Below, piece after piece: positions 1 to 8,717 of a DNA stretch of 49,211 bases (position 1 is the stretch's first letter; the number at the start of each line of letters is the position of its first letter). Where the stretch lies: positions 1-49,211 of IMG/VR virus record IMGVR_UViG_3300023171_000018; one strand, written 5' to 3'. A program made the translations under genes and the position numbers. The notes under the pieces were generated by a model. That model had not been told where the DNA came from. It ran no database searches and saw nothing but the letters and a program-made list of their open reading frames with translations. Source of the DNA: a virus (lineage: Duplodnaviria; Caudoviricetes).

Positions 1-147
1 CGAACTTGTCGTCTTCGTCATCGACTGAAGCCCTGTGAAAACGCGGCATCGAACGCGGCATCTAGACAGACAGTGCATAACTCCCATGTCCCCAATTCTT
101 CGTTGAAGATCGTTTCCTTATCCGACATGTCTTTATCGCAGCAGTTG
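1..147. repeat. Terminal overlap, copy 1 (circular assembly overlap)
   Basis: 1-147 matches 49063-49211 except for a 2-nt deletion (catc--gactg vs catcacgactg); it lies inside a gene. Confidence 0.9.
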
Positions 148-155
148 CACTTCAA
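18..155 (-). CDS. 5' part of a small Cys4 (zinc-finger-like) protein that spans the circular junction; frameshifted in this copy
   Basis: TTG start at 155 gives MKCNCCDKDMSDKE...ELCTVC; continues intact in 49001-49211. Confidence 0.65.
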   Translation of the reverse strand: MKCNCCDKDMSDKETIFNEELGTWELCTVCLDAAFDAAFSQGFSR

Positions 156-156
156 T

Positions 157-846
157 TTACCAGCCCTCCAAGGGAAAATCCATATAGACATTGACTTGCC
201 TACGAATCTCATTGTGGTGAGGTCGACCCTGACCGTAGCCAGCCTGATACGTCAACCTACCAAACCACCGCCAACCATCACCAACAGCACGAGTGCCCTG
301 ATGGAAAGCATTGCAATCAAAATGTACTAGCTGATTGGAAGGGACCTGCTCCCTAGTAAAGACACCATCTCGGATGTCCTCCTCTACTCGGTGAGTCCAA
401 TCAGCATAGACTTTGCCATCGACGTGAGGATAATCGGCACTCCCGACAGCGAACTCAGTAGGACAAATGTCACCGTTGACTAATGCTAGGATGTGCTTTG
501 CATGATACTCAGGCGTGTCATAGTTAGGCTGACCATCGCCACGGCTACGAGGGACATCGTCATGATGCCAACCCGGAATAGCAGGCCACCACCCCTTCAT
601 CAGCATATGAACTCGACTGTCAAAACAGAATGTACTGTCATAGCCGAAGTAAGGACTGTTCCATCCGAACTGAATAGGATCACCTAGTGCTGCCTGAAGA
701 AAGGCCCGAGTAATAGGTCCACCATACTCATAAGCGAAGGAGGGTTTGGAGGAGAAGAACATCGTCTCATTCTTTACCTCTGTCTGAGTAAAATCAGGCA
801 GCTTTTCACCAAGACGATACTGACTATTTATTGGATACATTTTCAT
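157..846 (-). CDS. 2OG-Fe(II) oxygenase-like protein
   Basis: PGWHHDD (HxD), distal FH and WRWFGR motifs of the double-stranded beta-helix fold; GGAGG RBS. Confidence 0.75.
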   Translation of the reverse strand: MKMYPINSQYRLGEKLPDFTQTEVKNETMFFSSKPSFAYEYGGPITRAFLQAALGDPIQFGWNSPYFGYDSTFCFDSRVHMLMKGWWPAIPGWHHDDVPRSRGDGQPNYDTPEYHAKHILALVNGDICPTEFAVGSADYPHVDGKVYADWTHRVEEDIRDGVFTREQVPSNQLVHFDCNAFHQGTRAVGDGWRWFGRLTYQAGYGQGRPHHNEIRRQVNVYMDFPLEGW

Positions 847-917
847 ATCAACCTCCCTCCTTAGGAGACACCTTAGGAAATAGAGAACAATTAATGATTA
901 ATCAATTTTAATCAATC

Positions 918-958
918 ATCCTTTGAACCTATTATAACAGATTTTAATTTGTTGTCAA
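918..958 (-). promoter_or_regulatory. sigma70-type promoter TTGACA-N16-TATAAT with extended -10 (TGn)
   Basis: -35 at 953-958, -10 at 931-936, followed by AGGTTCAAAGGAT; upstream of the oxygenase and replication genes. Confidence 0.85.
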
Positions 959-1131
959 CCCCCTTTGTACGACTCGATCCAATATCCTACGGCGTCATCC
1001 TCCAAAGCGAGGAAGGACATCGCCCCTCTCCGATCGATGTAAGGTACTCGTAGGACACTTCCGTCTTCATACTTGATACAGAGAGTCTTAGGTTCTCCGT
1101 GCTCTACTGCGGGTAGGACATCGATGTCCAC
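955..1131 (-). CDS. Hypothetical protein, 58 aa (not in ORF track)
   Basis: GTG start directly after the previous stop; MDIDVLPAVEHGEPKTLCIKYEDG...ESYKGG. Confidence 0.6.
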   Translation of the reverse strand: MDIDVLPAVEHGEPKTLCIKYEDGSVLRVPYIDRRGAMSFLALEDDAVGYWIESYKGG

Positions 1132-1194
1132 TTAGAGGTCCTTCGGCTTCGGACCAAGACCGTTGAGATATCGGATGTAATCTGCGTCGCTCAC
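1132..1194 (-). CDS. 20-aa peptide MSDADYIRYLNGLGPKPKDL
   Basis: AAGGAG RBS; GTGA overlap with the ATP-grasp stop codon. Confidence 0.55.
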   Translation of the reverse strand: MSDADYIRYLNGLGPKPKDL

Positions 1195-1976
1195 TGAATG
1201 TCTCCTTTGAAGAATTTGGCATAGTCCTCCACCGTCTGGCCTTCGAGACCGGGGGCGGTGTTGATTTCGAGGACATATGCACGATTCTGCTTTTCGTTAT
1301 AGATTACGTCGACTGCACCGAAGTCAAGACCGGACGCATCGAAGGATGAAATCGCCGACTCAATGACACACTGCGGTGCTTCAAAACCTTCTCGGGTATA
1401 GACAAAACCGTTGGAATGATTTCGAATTTCCCAATTAGGGTCGGTGCAATCGAGACGACGGGCTTTCCGCTGAACCGCGACAACAACCGTTGCTCCAGTG
1501 CCGTCAACGATCCGCTTCCCGAGATGGACACGATATTCATCCTTTTTCTTTTGATACTTCACATACAGTTGACACGGTACTACTTCTTCCGGAGTTCGCG
1601 CCAGTACGATACCAGCCCCAGAATGACCGCTAAGAATAGTACGGCATACGATAGGATAAGCGTCAGCCGGGATGTCTTCCGACGACGTCCAGAACTGGGG
1701 TATGACATTACTACACTCCTGTTGCATAACCTGAAAGAACGTAAGCTTGTCGCTGGCTTGACGAATACTGTTGGGAAGATTAAGAATCTGAGACGGATGT
1801 CCTACAGGCCAGTGAACCAACGACGGATTGCTGTTACCCCAGTTGATGACAATGTCACCTTCCCGGGGCTTATAACTGCTGCCCTCCAAACGGAGAATCT
1901 TACCTCCAAGCTTCTCGGCCAATGCCTTGGCGGACTTCGAACCCTGTTTGTAAGGGAGAATGCGATACCGTACCAT
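1191..1976 (-). CDS. ATP-grasp ligase (RimK/YheCD-like, phiEco32-type)
   Basis: INWG, GHSGAGI, EYRVH, LDFGAVDVI and VLEINTAPGL motifs. Confidence 0.9.
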   Translation of the reverse strand: MVRYRILPYKQGSKSAKALAEKLGGKILRLEGSSYKPREGDIVINWGNSNPSLVHWPVGHPSQILNLPNSIRQASDKLTFFQVMQQECSNVIPQFWTSSEDIPADAYPIVCRTILSGHSGAGIVLARTPEEVVPCQLYVKYQKKKDEYRVHLGKRIVDGTGATVVVAVQRKARRLDCTDPNWEIRNHSNGFVYTREGFEAPQCVIESAISSFDASGLDFGAVDVIYNEKQNRAYVLEINTAPGLEGQTVEDYAKFFKGDIQ

Positions 1977-1978
1977 GT

Positions 1979-3133
1979 TTATTCCTCTTCGTCTGGGTCG
2001 TAGTCTTCTTCGGGTTCGTAATCATCTTCGACCTCTTCCTCTTCAGGGGGAGTCTCAGCAAACGGATTAAGCCATGGCGTCGGCGTCGGTACTTGCGCTG
2101 CTGCCTGTGCCCAAGCTGTGTTCAGAGTCGGAGAGATATACTGAGCTTCGTCATAAATCATATGACTTGGCATAGGGGCACCGATGTTGGCATAAGCCTG
2201 CTGCAACGGGCTCATCTTCTTCTTATTACGACCGAAGGGATCAGTCGACCGAGTCACCGGCTTGTACCGACTCCAGTCACGACAGTAACAGAGGTCCTGT
2301 GCCAGCCGAATACCTTCGTACATCGACTGTCGAATGGCGTCGTCGTTCATCGAGACCGAGGCACGGACGGTATCATAGTGCTCACCAAGTACACCACGGA
2401 GGTAGTCGATGGGGTCATTACCGGAGAAATTCTCAGTGATACCACGGGGATCGGGATATTCGGCGGACAAATTGTAGATGCGTTCGAGGACACCTACCCA
2501 CTGTACGACTGTGCCGGGGTCAGTGACACCACGGAGGCTACGAATCTCCAGTGAACCGAACTTAATCAGCGCCTGAGTATTCATACCGCTATAATGAAGA
2601 CCCTCGGTCAGCTCAGTACGACCGTCGTTGACGATCCACTTCTTGATCTTCGAGACGATTGCCGGAGCATCCTTCGCACGGAGACAAAAGAGGTTGCCGA
2701 CACGGTGATCGCCACACCACTCAGTCAGGATCTCCTCAAGTGAGAAGTACAATGCGAGGAAGGACGTCAGCCGAGGAAGATGGAAGGTCTGGACGTTGAG
2801 GTGGACGTGAACCGAAGTCCGATTCGAGTCGTCGAGGACGGTACCGTAATCAGCGAGAGTCTTATACAAATCGAAGACGGCGTCCTTGACTTCCTTGAAT
2901 GCGATCGGAGATTTGAGGACGTATTCGGCATTGTCCTTACCCCTCAACGAACCGTCATGGGTATAGTTCCACAGCGGAGGGAGGAGATTGTTCTGCTTCG
3001 GAAACTTGTTCCCTTCACACTCAATCTCGATACCGATCTCACCCTTCGTCGGATGCTTGCCGAGAATGGTAAGGACGTCAAAGCCCTCTTGGTCATAGTT
3101 CAGATCGGGTACGAAGAACTTCTCGTTATGCAT
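1979..3133 (-). CDS. Putative amidoligase (COOH-NH2 ligase, glutamine-synthetase-like fold)
   Basis: GIEIECE, HDGSLRG..AEYV, SVHVHLN and GSLEIR motifs; ATG 3133 chosen on RBS; acidic C-terminal tail. Confidence 0.85.
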   Translation of the reverse strand: MHNEKFFVPDLNYDQEGFDVLTILGKHPTKGEIGIEIECEGNKFPKQNNLLPPLWNYTHDGSLRGKDNAEYVLKSPIAFKEVKDAVFDLYKTLADYGTVLDDSNRTSVHVHLNVQTFHLPRLTSFLALYFSLEEILTEWCGDHRVGNLFCLRAKDAPAIVSKIKKWIVNDGRTELTEGLHYSGMNTQALIKFGSLEIRSLRGVTDPGTVVQWVGVLERIYNLSAEYPDPRGITENFSGNDPIDYLRGVLGEHYDTVRASVSMNDDAIRQSMYEGIRLAQDLCYCRDWSRYKPVTRSTDPFGRNKKKMSPLQQAYANIGAPMPSHMIYDEAQYISPTLNTAWAQAAAQVPTPTPWLNPFAETPPEEEEVEDDYEPEEDYDPDEEE

Positions 3134-3152
3134 AAATCTATCCTTACTTCGA

Positions 3153-3932
3153 TTACTTGCCGCGAACCTTGATATCGCCGAAGACACCAAGCTCAGCAAC
3201 CGCTTCCTTGCAGTGATTAAAGTTGCGGCCAATAGTAATAAGACTGAGATCATGATTAGGAAGAGTGCCAATGACTTCAGCCTTGTATGCGACGAACATG
3301 ATGTCCAACGGTCCTCGCATGATAGCGAACTGCCGATGAAATGCAGCGCCTTCGTTAGCTACTCGGTCGTCTGCGAGAGCCTTGAGACATTCTTCAGGGG
3401 TCGGATAGTCGTTGACGATAGTCCGAGCGAGTTGGATACTGTCGAGGCTGCACGACTGACGCATCGGACGACCATCCTTCGGAAGGATCGAGACAGAGGA
3501 GACGTTGAGCATCTGCTGACCGAGCCCCTGAAGCGTATTCCGGGTCGGCTGACGCTCGACGTACATCACAGTCGATCCGACATTCACCATACCGAGGGGG
3601 AAGGGACGGAACTTGTTGAAGAGGGGGCTGTTCATCATCTTCCGGATGACACCGCAGTCGTCCTTCTGCTTCTCCAGCCACGCATCCATCTTGTCACCGA
3701 CCGACTCGCCCGGGCCTTCATCATGCCAATCATACGGCATACCGTGGATACGACGACGAGCACAGCCATCCTTGTGGAGAAGGTCGTCGAGGTACATACG
3801 GAAGATACCGTCACTCTTGTGGTCAGCGATACAGAGGACGTAATACGGCTTACCGTCATAGAGGATGACAGTGTTCTGGAGCCGCATCCGAGCCTCTTTG
3901 ATGGTCTCGTAGTAATTCGTAAAAGAAGGCAT
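3153..3932 (-). CDS. Hypothetical protein within the amide-ligase cluster
   Basis: 259-aa ORF with RBS, between the two ligases. Confidence 0.75.
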   Translation of the reverse strand: MPSFTNYYETIKEARMRLQNTVILYDGKPYYVLCIADHKSDGIFRMYLDDLLHKDGCARRRIHGMPYDWHDEGPGESVGDKMDAWLEKQKDDCGVIRKMMNSPLFNKFRPFPLGMVNVGSTVMYVERQPTRNTLQGLGQQMLNVSSVSILPKDGRPMRQSCSLDSIQLARTIVNDYPTPEECLKALADDRVANEGAAFHRQFAIMRGPLDIMFVAYKAEVIGTLPNHDLSLITIGRNFNHCKEAVAELGVFGDIKVRGK

Positions 3933-3942
3933 CTTTTATTCC

Positions 3943-4782
3943 TTAAAAAGAAATCATCTGGATCGGATTGAAGAAGTTGCTAGTGAGTTCGTCATGCAAC
4001 TTGCTCGTGTCAATCGACTGAATGAGGAGGTCGTTGAAGACAGCCGGTGCGCTCTCAGGGCGGAAGTTCGTCCGCATGTCATAGATTGCCTTCTGCATCC
4101 GGTTCCAGACCTGAAGCCGAGTAGCACCAGTCGAGAGCCAGAAGTTCGAGAGGACACGGTACTCGACACCATAGTCCTTGAACCGACATGCCCCGGCCTT
4201 GCCATAGAGGGTACGACGACGGGCGTCAGGGTCCTTGATGACCGACCACGCACCGAGATACCAATCCAGCTGTTTGACGAGGTCACGGGCGTTCTGGACG
4301 TACTCCATATCACTGACCTCGGCATCTTCCGTCCAACCGAAGTGGAGGTGACCTGAAGCAGTACGGAGACGCTCGTTACCTTCCGTGTTCGGCGGAGGAT
4401 TGATGGTCCCCGTCCATGCATTGAAGTCGGGGTTGCAGCCGAGAATCTTCGCGACGTCCGGTGCATCACCCCATGCCTTCTCGGAGAACTCGACAGCGGG
4501 GACAGCGGAGAGTTTGTAGCCACGAGGAAGCATTGCTCGAAGCTGGGCGAGGACCTGAGTGATGTTCCGATTGAAATCGCTGTAGTTCGTCACGGGATCG
4601 ATGTTGAACTCGGCTGCCATGCCATCGACTTGGACGGCACCGAAGTCGACCTTATAGGGACTTTCCTTCGTACCCGGGATCAACCCCTCGGCGGTGACAT
4701 ATTCACCATCGGGATTGAGGACGAAGAGTTCGGGATCGCAGCCGAACTTGAACCCGGGGAGTGCTTCAAGGACAGTAGTCAT
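3943..4782 (-). CDS. phiEco32-like COOH-NH2 ligase type 2
   Basis: GCDPELF, QVDGMAAEFN, GCNPDFNAW, RTASGHLHFG, RRTLYGKAG and GVEYRVLSNFW motifs. Confidence 0.9.
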   Translation of the reverse strand: MTTVLEALPGFKFGCDPELFVLNPDGEYVTAEGLIPGTKESPYKVDFGAVQVDGMAAEFNIDPVTNYSDFNRNITQVLAQLRAMLPRGYKLSAVPAVEFSEKAWGDAPDVAKILGCNPDFNAWTGTINPPPNTEGNERLRTASGHLHFGWTEDAEVSDMEYVQNARDLVKQLDWYLGAWSVIKDPDARRRTLYGKAGACRFKDYGVEYRVLSNFWLSTGATRLQVWNRMQKAIYDMRTNFRPESAPAVFNDLLIQSIDTSKLHDELTSNFFNPIQMISF

Positions 4783-4814
4783 GTTATTTCCTTCTTAGTC
4801 TTTAGGGAGTTGAA

Positions 4815-5999
4815 TTAGCAAACCTGCTGCTGGTTATGCCAAGGGAGCATCGGAAGAGGCTTCTCATCCTTCTTCTGCTCTTCAGCGAACTTCTGCATCT
4901 TAATCGGCGATGCATAGACACGGTTCGTATCGCGACTACTGCAGCACGATCCGATGACCTGTTCGTTGATCTCGAAGATAACGATACCCTTGTCCCGATA
5001 ACCTACGCTACGGGAACAGAACGAGCATCCGTAACGAGCCATCTGATTGAACGTACCTTCGTCGATGTAATCTCCGAATGGCTTAGCACCGGTCGTGTCT
5101 AGCTTCATCAGGACGGGAGTAACTGTAGAGGTCTTCGGTGGAGTCGTCGAGGTTGAGGTCGACGCCCCAGACACGTTCCCAGTAGTCTGCCGAGGAAAAT
5201 TTCCATAATTCCCACCACCATAGACTTTAACCGGGGCAGGCTCCTTTCCCTTCAGCTCCTTGACACGAGGCTTAGGACGACCTTCGAACCCCTTCTTCAG
5301 TTCGTCGAGAGAGTAGCGGTAATGCCAATCCTCGGTCGTCTGGAAGAACGAATAACCTTGTTCGTTGCAGAAGAGTTCGTACTTGTCCTTCTCCGGCGAA
5401 GCGGCACAGGCAGCACGGATCATCCAATGCTCCGAAGCCCACAGAAGGAGCTTGAAGTCCTTGTCGTAAGCGTACCAAAACGGACGCTCCTTGTTGCGGA
5501 GGAAGTTCAGCGTCCCCTCCTTCGCATCATGCCACACGAGAGCCCAAGCACCCTGTAGGAGCTTCACTGTGTCGTCGATGCCGATCTTCTCGATGCAGCC
5601 AAAGATTGCTTCGCTGTCAGTCCCGGTCTTCTCACCGAGGACCTTCTGAAGCTCGTCCCACGACTCCGTCGTCAGCGTCCCGTTATGAGCACCGGTGATG
5701 TGACCACGCTGATAGGGATGGGCGTTGACGTCGTTGACAGCACCCTTCGTGGCGGCGCGGTTGTGACCGATGAACGCCTTGCAGTTGTAGGCGTTGGCAG
5801 CGGCCTTGTACCGGAGGGTGTCGAAGAGGTTGATGGGATTACTGGCGATCTTTGCGATCTTGACTTCGGTGTTGTCGTCCTTGACACAGGCGATACCAGT
5901 CGAATCAGGACCACGGAAGTAGTCATTCATCAACAGTCGCTTCATCGTGTTCTCGTCGCGGAGCTTCAGGGCTCCTGCTAGACCTACGTGGCCGCACAT
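4815..5999 (-). CDS. Class II (Ntn) glutamine amidotransferase
   Basis: N-terminal MCG nucleophile; RGPDSTG, GHNRAAT, NAHPY, HNGTL and TDSE motifs. Confidence 0.92.
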   Translation of the reverse strand: MCGHVGLAGALKLRDENTMKRLLMNDYFRGPDSTGIACVKDDNTEVKIAKIASNPINLFDTLRYKAAANAYNCKAFIGHNRAATKGAVNDVNAHPYQRGHITGAHNGTLTTESWDELQKVLGEKTGTDSEAIFGCIEKIGIDDTVKLLQGAWALVWHDAKEGTLNFLRNKERPFWYAYDKDFKLLLWASEHWMIRAACAASPEKDKYELFCNEQGYSFFQTTEDWHYRYSLDELKKGFEGRPKPRVKELKGKEPAPVKVYGGGNYGNFPRQTTGNVSGASTSTSTTPPKTSTVTPVLMKLDTTGAKPFGDYIDEGTFNQMARYGCSFCSRSVGYRDKGIVIFEINEQVIGSCCSSRDTNRVYASPIKMQKFAEEQKKDEKPLPMLPWHNQQQVC

Positions 6000-6844
6000 T
6001 ACTTAGTCTCCTGCTTATTTTCGATGACAACTGCATCATCAATGACCATTGTCTTTGCGGCGATTTCAGCCCAATGTTCGTTACGGGCGTCGAGTACCGA
6101 GTCCTTGATACGACGGACACGGCCCTTGAGTGCGAGATCGGGGTTTTCGAGGAAGAACTCGTTCATCCGGTGCATCGTCCACTTCGCGAACTCACTGTAT
6201 CCACGGTACTCAGGATGACCCTGAACACCGAAGCAGCATGTATCACGATAGAAGTAGGCTTCGACGTCTGGACGGCACCCAGCGAGGCTCTGAGTCGGTG
6301 TCAGCCACCGGAAATCAGCCTTGCTGCTCGTAGCGATGACTTCCATGCCACCTTCAGGGTTTGCAATGCACGCCTGATGATGAACAGACGACACTTTCTC
6401 GATCAGCTTCCGACCCTTCAAATCGTACATCGAGTGGTCGCCGTTGTGGTTATTGATGTCCTGATACAGACGACCACCATTCATGACGTGAAGGAACTGA
6501 GCCCCACGGCAGACACCGAACATCGGAATGCCTTCGTCGATACACTGGGTGTAGACGTCAATATCCGCTGCGTCCCGTTCTTCGTCCCACTGTACCGAGG
6601 CATGGGGTTCTTGACCGTAGAGAGCGGGATTGACGTCCTGACCACCAGTGAAGATGACGACGTCAGCGTCCTCAGGGAGTTCGACACGAGTGCAGCGTGC
6701 AGGGACAAGCATCTCGGCGAAGTTACCGATCTCGTATTGGTCACCGACGATGCAGACTTCCAGCCACAACTCCGGTGTATCAGCACTCCGAGTGTCACGG
6801 ACGATCGTCATCGACTTCTTCATCTCCAGAACATTGTCAGTCAT
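5999..6844 (-). CDS. Class I glutamine amidotransferase / peptidase C26 (gamma-glutamyl hydrolase-like)
   Basis: FTGGQDVNPALYG, GVCRGAQ, SVHHQ and GVQGHPE; start uncertain (ATG 6844 or GTG 7090). Confidence 0.88.
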   Translation of the reverse strand: MTDNVLEMKKSMTIVRDTRSADTPELWLEVCIVGDQYEIGNFAEMLVPARCTRVELPEDADVVIFTGGQDVNPALYGQEPHASVQWDEERDAADIDVYTQCIDEGIPMFGVCRGAQFLHVMNGGRLYQDINNHNGDHSMYDLKGRKLIEKVSSVHHQACIANPEGGMEVIATSSKADFRWLTPTQSLAGCRPDVEAYFYRDTCCFGVQGHPEYRGYSEFAKWTMHRMNEFFLENPDLALKGRVRRIKDSVLDARNEHWAEIAAKTMVIDDAVVIENKQETK

Positions 6845-7241
6845 CTTTGAGCATCCATCCATTCCAAGGGTATTGGTCGAGCCCGGAGGCGTCTTCCCAG
6901 TCGATGTCTTTGACTGGTTCGAGGTAATCGTCGTCGGAGTCAGTGGCAACCCCGTCACCATCGAAACTGGCCCCTGCTTCGCTTCCCGCTGCATCCTTAC
7001 CGCTTCCGGTGACTCGGCGGACACAAGGACTGTTTCGCGGATCTTCGACGCATATTCCCGCCGACGCTTCTTTCGTTGTTTCCGAGACACTGAGGCCCCT
7101 TTCTCTTTCTTGCCGTTTGATAACAGCTTCCGTAAGTTCAGCGATAACCATCCGCGCATTTTCGTGCGCGCCCCAATAATTGAGGCAAAGGGCATCATAA
7201 AGGACGTCCTCTTCGGTTTCGACGTATCTACGCCTTGCCAT
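6837..7241 (-). CDS. Hypothetical acidic protein
   Basis: 134-aa ORF coupled by a TGATG overlap to the upstream gene. Confidence 0.55.
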   Translation of the reverse strand: MARRRYVETEEDVLYDALCLNYWGAHENARMVIAELTEAVIKRQERERGLSVSETTKEASAGICVEDPRNSPCVRRVTGSGKDAAGSEAGASFDGDGVATDSDDDYLEPVKDIDWEDASGLDQYPWNGWMLKDD

Positions 7242-8035
7242 CAGCCGTATTCTTCGTCGATGTAATCATCCTCTGGATTGTAGATTGCCGCGGGTGCAAT
7301 GGACACCGCCTTCCCGAATGGATCGATCGATGCCTTCTTCGGCTCACGAGCCAACCGTGCTTCCTTCGGCTCAGGGGCAGCACCCGGGAGACGACGACCA
7401 GCGAGAATGACAGGAGCACCAGCAGCCTTCAGCTGAGCCTCAGTCATGATCTTAGCAGGGCCAATGACTTCCCACTGCTTCAACTGGACTGCTTGGACGT
7501 TATCAGGCGACATATCACCGCTGTAGGGGTCAGGGAGGTCCGTCCATGCCTTCGGAGGCGTCAGCGTATCCTTGATCGCGCCCTTGCCGATGTTCCGGAA
7601 AAGACCGAAGAGGTAGTTCGGATGAGGACTTGTCTCTGCGAACGTACCCGGCTTCGTCACCGTCTTCGGTCCGGTATAGACACTGTTGTCGGTCGTCCGG
7701 ATGAACTCGAAGCCGTTCTCCTTCAGAATGGCAAGCCACTTCTTACCGTGACTGCCACTGATCTGTTCACTTGTGAGGACAGCGAGGAAGACATGGTTCG
7801 GCATATCCGATTCACTGAAGGTACCGATGCGGAGACGACTGTTGAAGATGTCACGGTAAGTGGGACCGACGAACGCTTCACCACCGCTTTTGATGATGGG
7901 GTTGCCACCGTCACCGCCTACGAGCTGGATGCTGGCCTTGGCATCGGGGTCGAACTTAAAGTTCTGGATGATGCACATCGCACAGCAGCCCCAGTAGCCA
8001 CCGGGGATCGAACTTCCGAACCTCAGGAACTCCAT
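7241..8035 (-). CDS. Hypothetical protein, possible GNAT-like fold
   Basis: GGYWGCC and EQ..KWLAILKENGF motifs shared with 8718-9179. Confidence 0.7.
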   Translation of the reverse strand: MEFLRFGSSIPGGYWGCCAMCIIQNFKFDPDAKASIQLVGGDGGNPIIKSGGEAFVGPTYRDIFNSRLRIGTFSESDMPNHVFLAVLTSEQISGSHGKKWLAILKENGFEFIRTTDNSVYTGPKTVTKPGTFAETSPHPNYLFGLFRNIGKGAIKDTLTPPKAWTDLPDPYSGDMSPDNVQAVQLKQWEVIGPAKIMTEAQLKAAGAPVILAGRRLPGAAPEPKEARLAREPKKASIDPFGKAVSIAPAAIYNPEDDYIDEEYG

Positions 8036-8229
8036 TACTTGTCTCCAAACTTGATGGTTGCAGGGGTCGAGGGTGGGACGTAGACACCCTTCACCGCTTC
8101 ATAGAACTCTACGTCATCGAAATCCACGTCACTGTAGTCGTCGGCAAGAGTCTCTAATAGCGCAGTAGACGTGTCACCAGTAGCGAGAACCTCGTCCCAC
8201 CGGATTGCAATGTAAATCTTCTTTGCCAT
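8035..8229 (-). CDS. Hypothetical protein
   Basis: 64 aa, GGAGG RBS, coupled to the next gene. Confidence 0.7.
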   Translation of the reverse strand: MAKKIYIAIRWDEVLATGDTSTALLETLADDYSDVDFDDVEFYEAVKGVYVPPSTPATIKFGDK

Positions 8230-8230
8230 A

Positions 8231-8593
8231 TCAAACCTCCTTCGTCGTAGTCATAACCTTAACGAACTTATCGGTGTCAATGAAAGACGATACGATCTTG
8301 GTGACCGGGACACCTCCTCTCATCAACTTGAACCCGCGCTTTTCAAGTTCGTCACGAGCAGCTCGTGCAACCTTCCACATATCACGGTATTCGGTGGCCA
8401 GCTCTTCGTCGGTCTTCTCCGCCGGAGACACCAGAGCCAGCTCTCCGGGGCTGAATTTCATTGACTCCAGATCCTGAAGATAGATCACTATCTCATTCCC
8501 GTGAGTCCGGATATCTTCGATACGAAGACCCGGCGAGTTCGCCCAACCGCTGTACTTCGGACGGACGATATCACCGACCTTAAACTGTGTCAT
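8231..8593 (-). CDS. Hypothetical protein (FKVGD N-terminus, SH3/KOW-like)
   Basis: 120 aa, AAGGAG RBS. Confidence 0.75.
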   Translation of the reverse strand: MTQFKVGDIVRPKYSGWANSPGLRIEDIRTHGNEIVIYLQDLESMKFSPGELALVSPAEKTDEELATEYRDMWKVARAARDELEKRGFKLMRGGVPVTKIVSSFIDTDKFVKVMTTTKEV

Positions 8594-8603
8594 GATTTTC
8601 TCC

Positions 8604-8644
8604 TTGACAATTATCAGAAAAGTGTTATAATAGGTTCAAAGGAT
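8604..8644 (+). promoter_or_regulatory. sigma70-type promoter, antisense to the surrounding genes
   Basis: TTGACA 8604-8609, N16, TATAAT 8626-8631; 22 nt identical to the 918-939 element. Confidence 0.8.
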
Positions 8645-8717
8645 AGTTCTTAGAAGATAATTGTTAATCATTAATACAAGAAATAACTATCTCCTAGGAA
8701 ATCTCCTAAGGAGGCGA

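Noticed and set aside
1-147. Terminal direct repeat as a biological DTR
   Set aside because: It falls inside a gene and differs by a 2-nt indel near the contig edge. This fits a circular assembly overlap; the real ends more likely lie near 14.3-14.8 kb.
18-212. Truncated 64-aa ORF or pseudogene
   Set aside because: The early stop comes from the 2-nt deletion in the overlap copy; the copy at 49001-49211 is intact.
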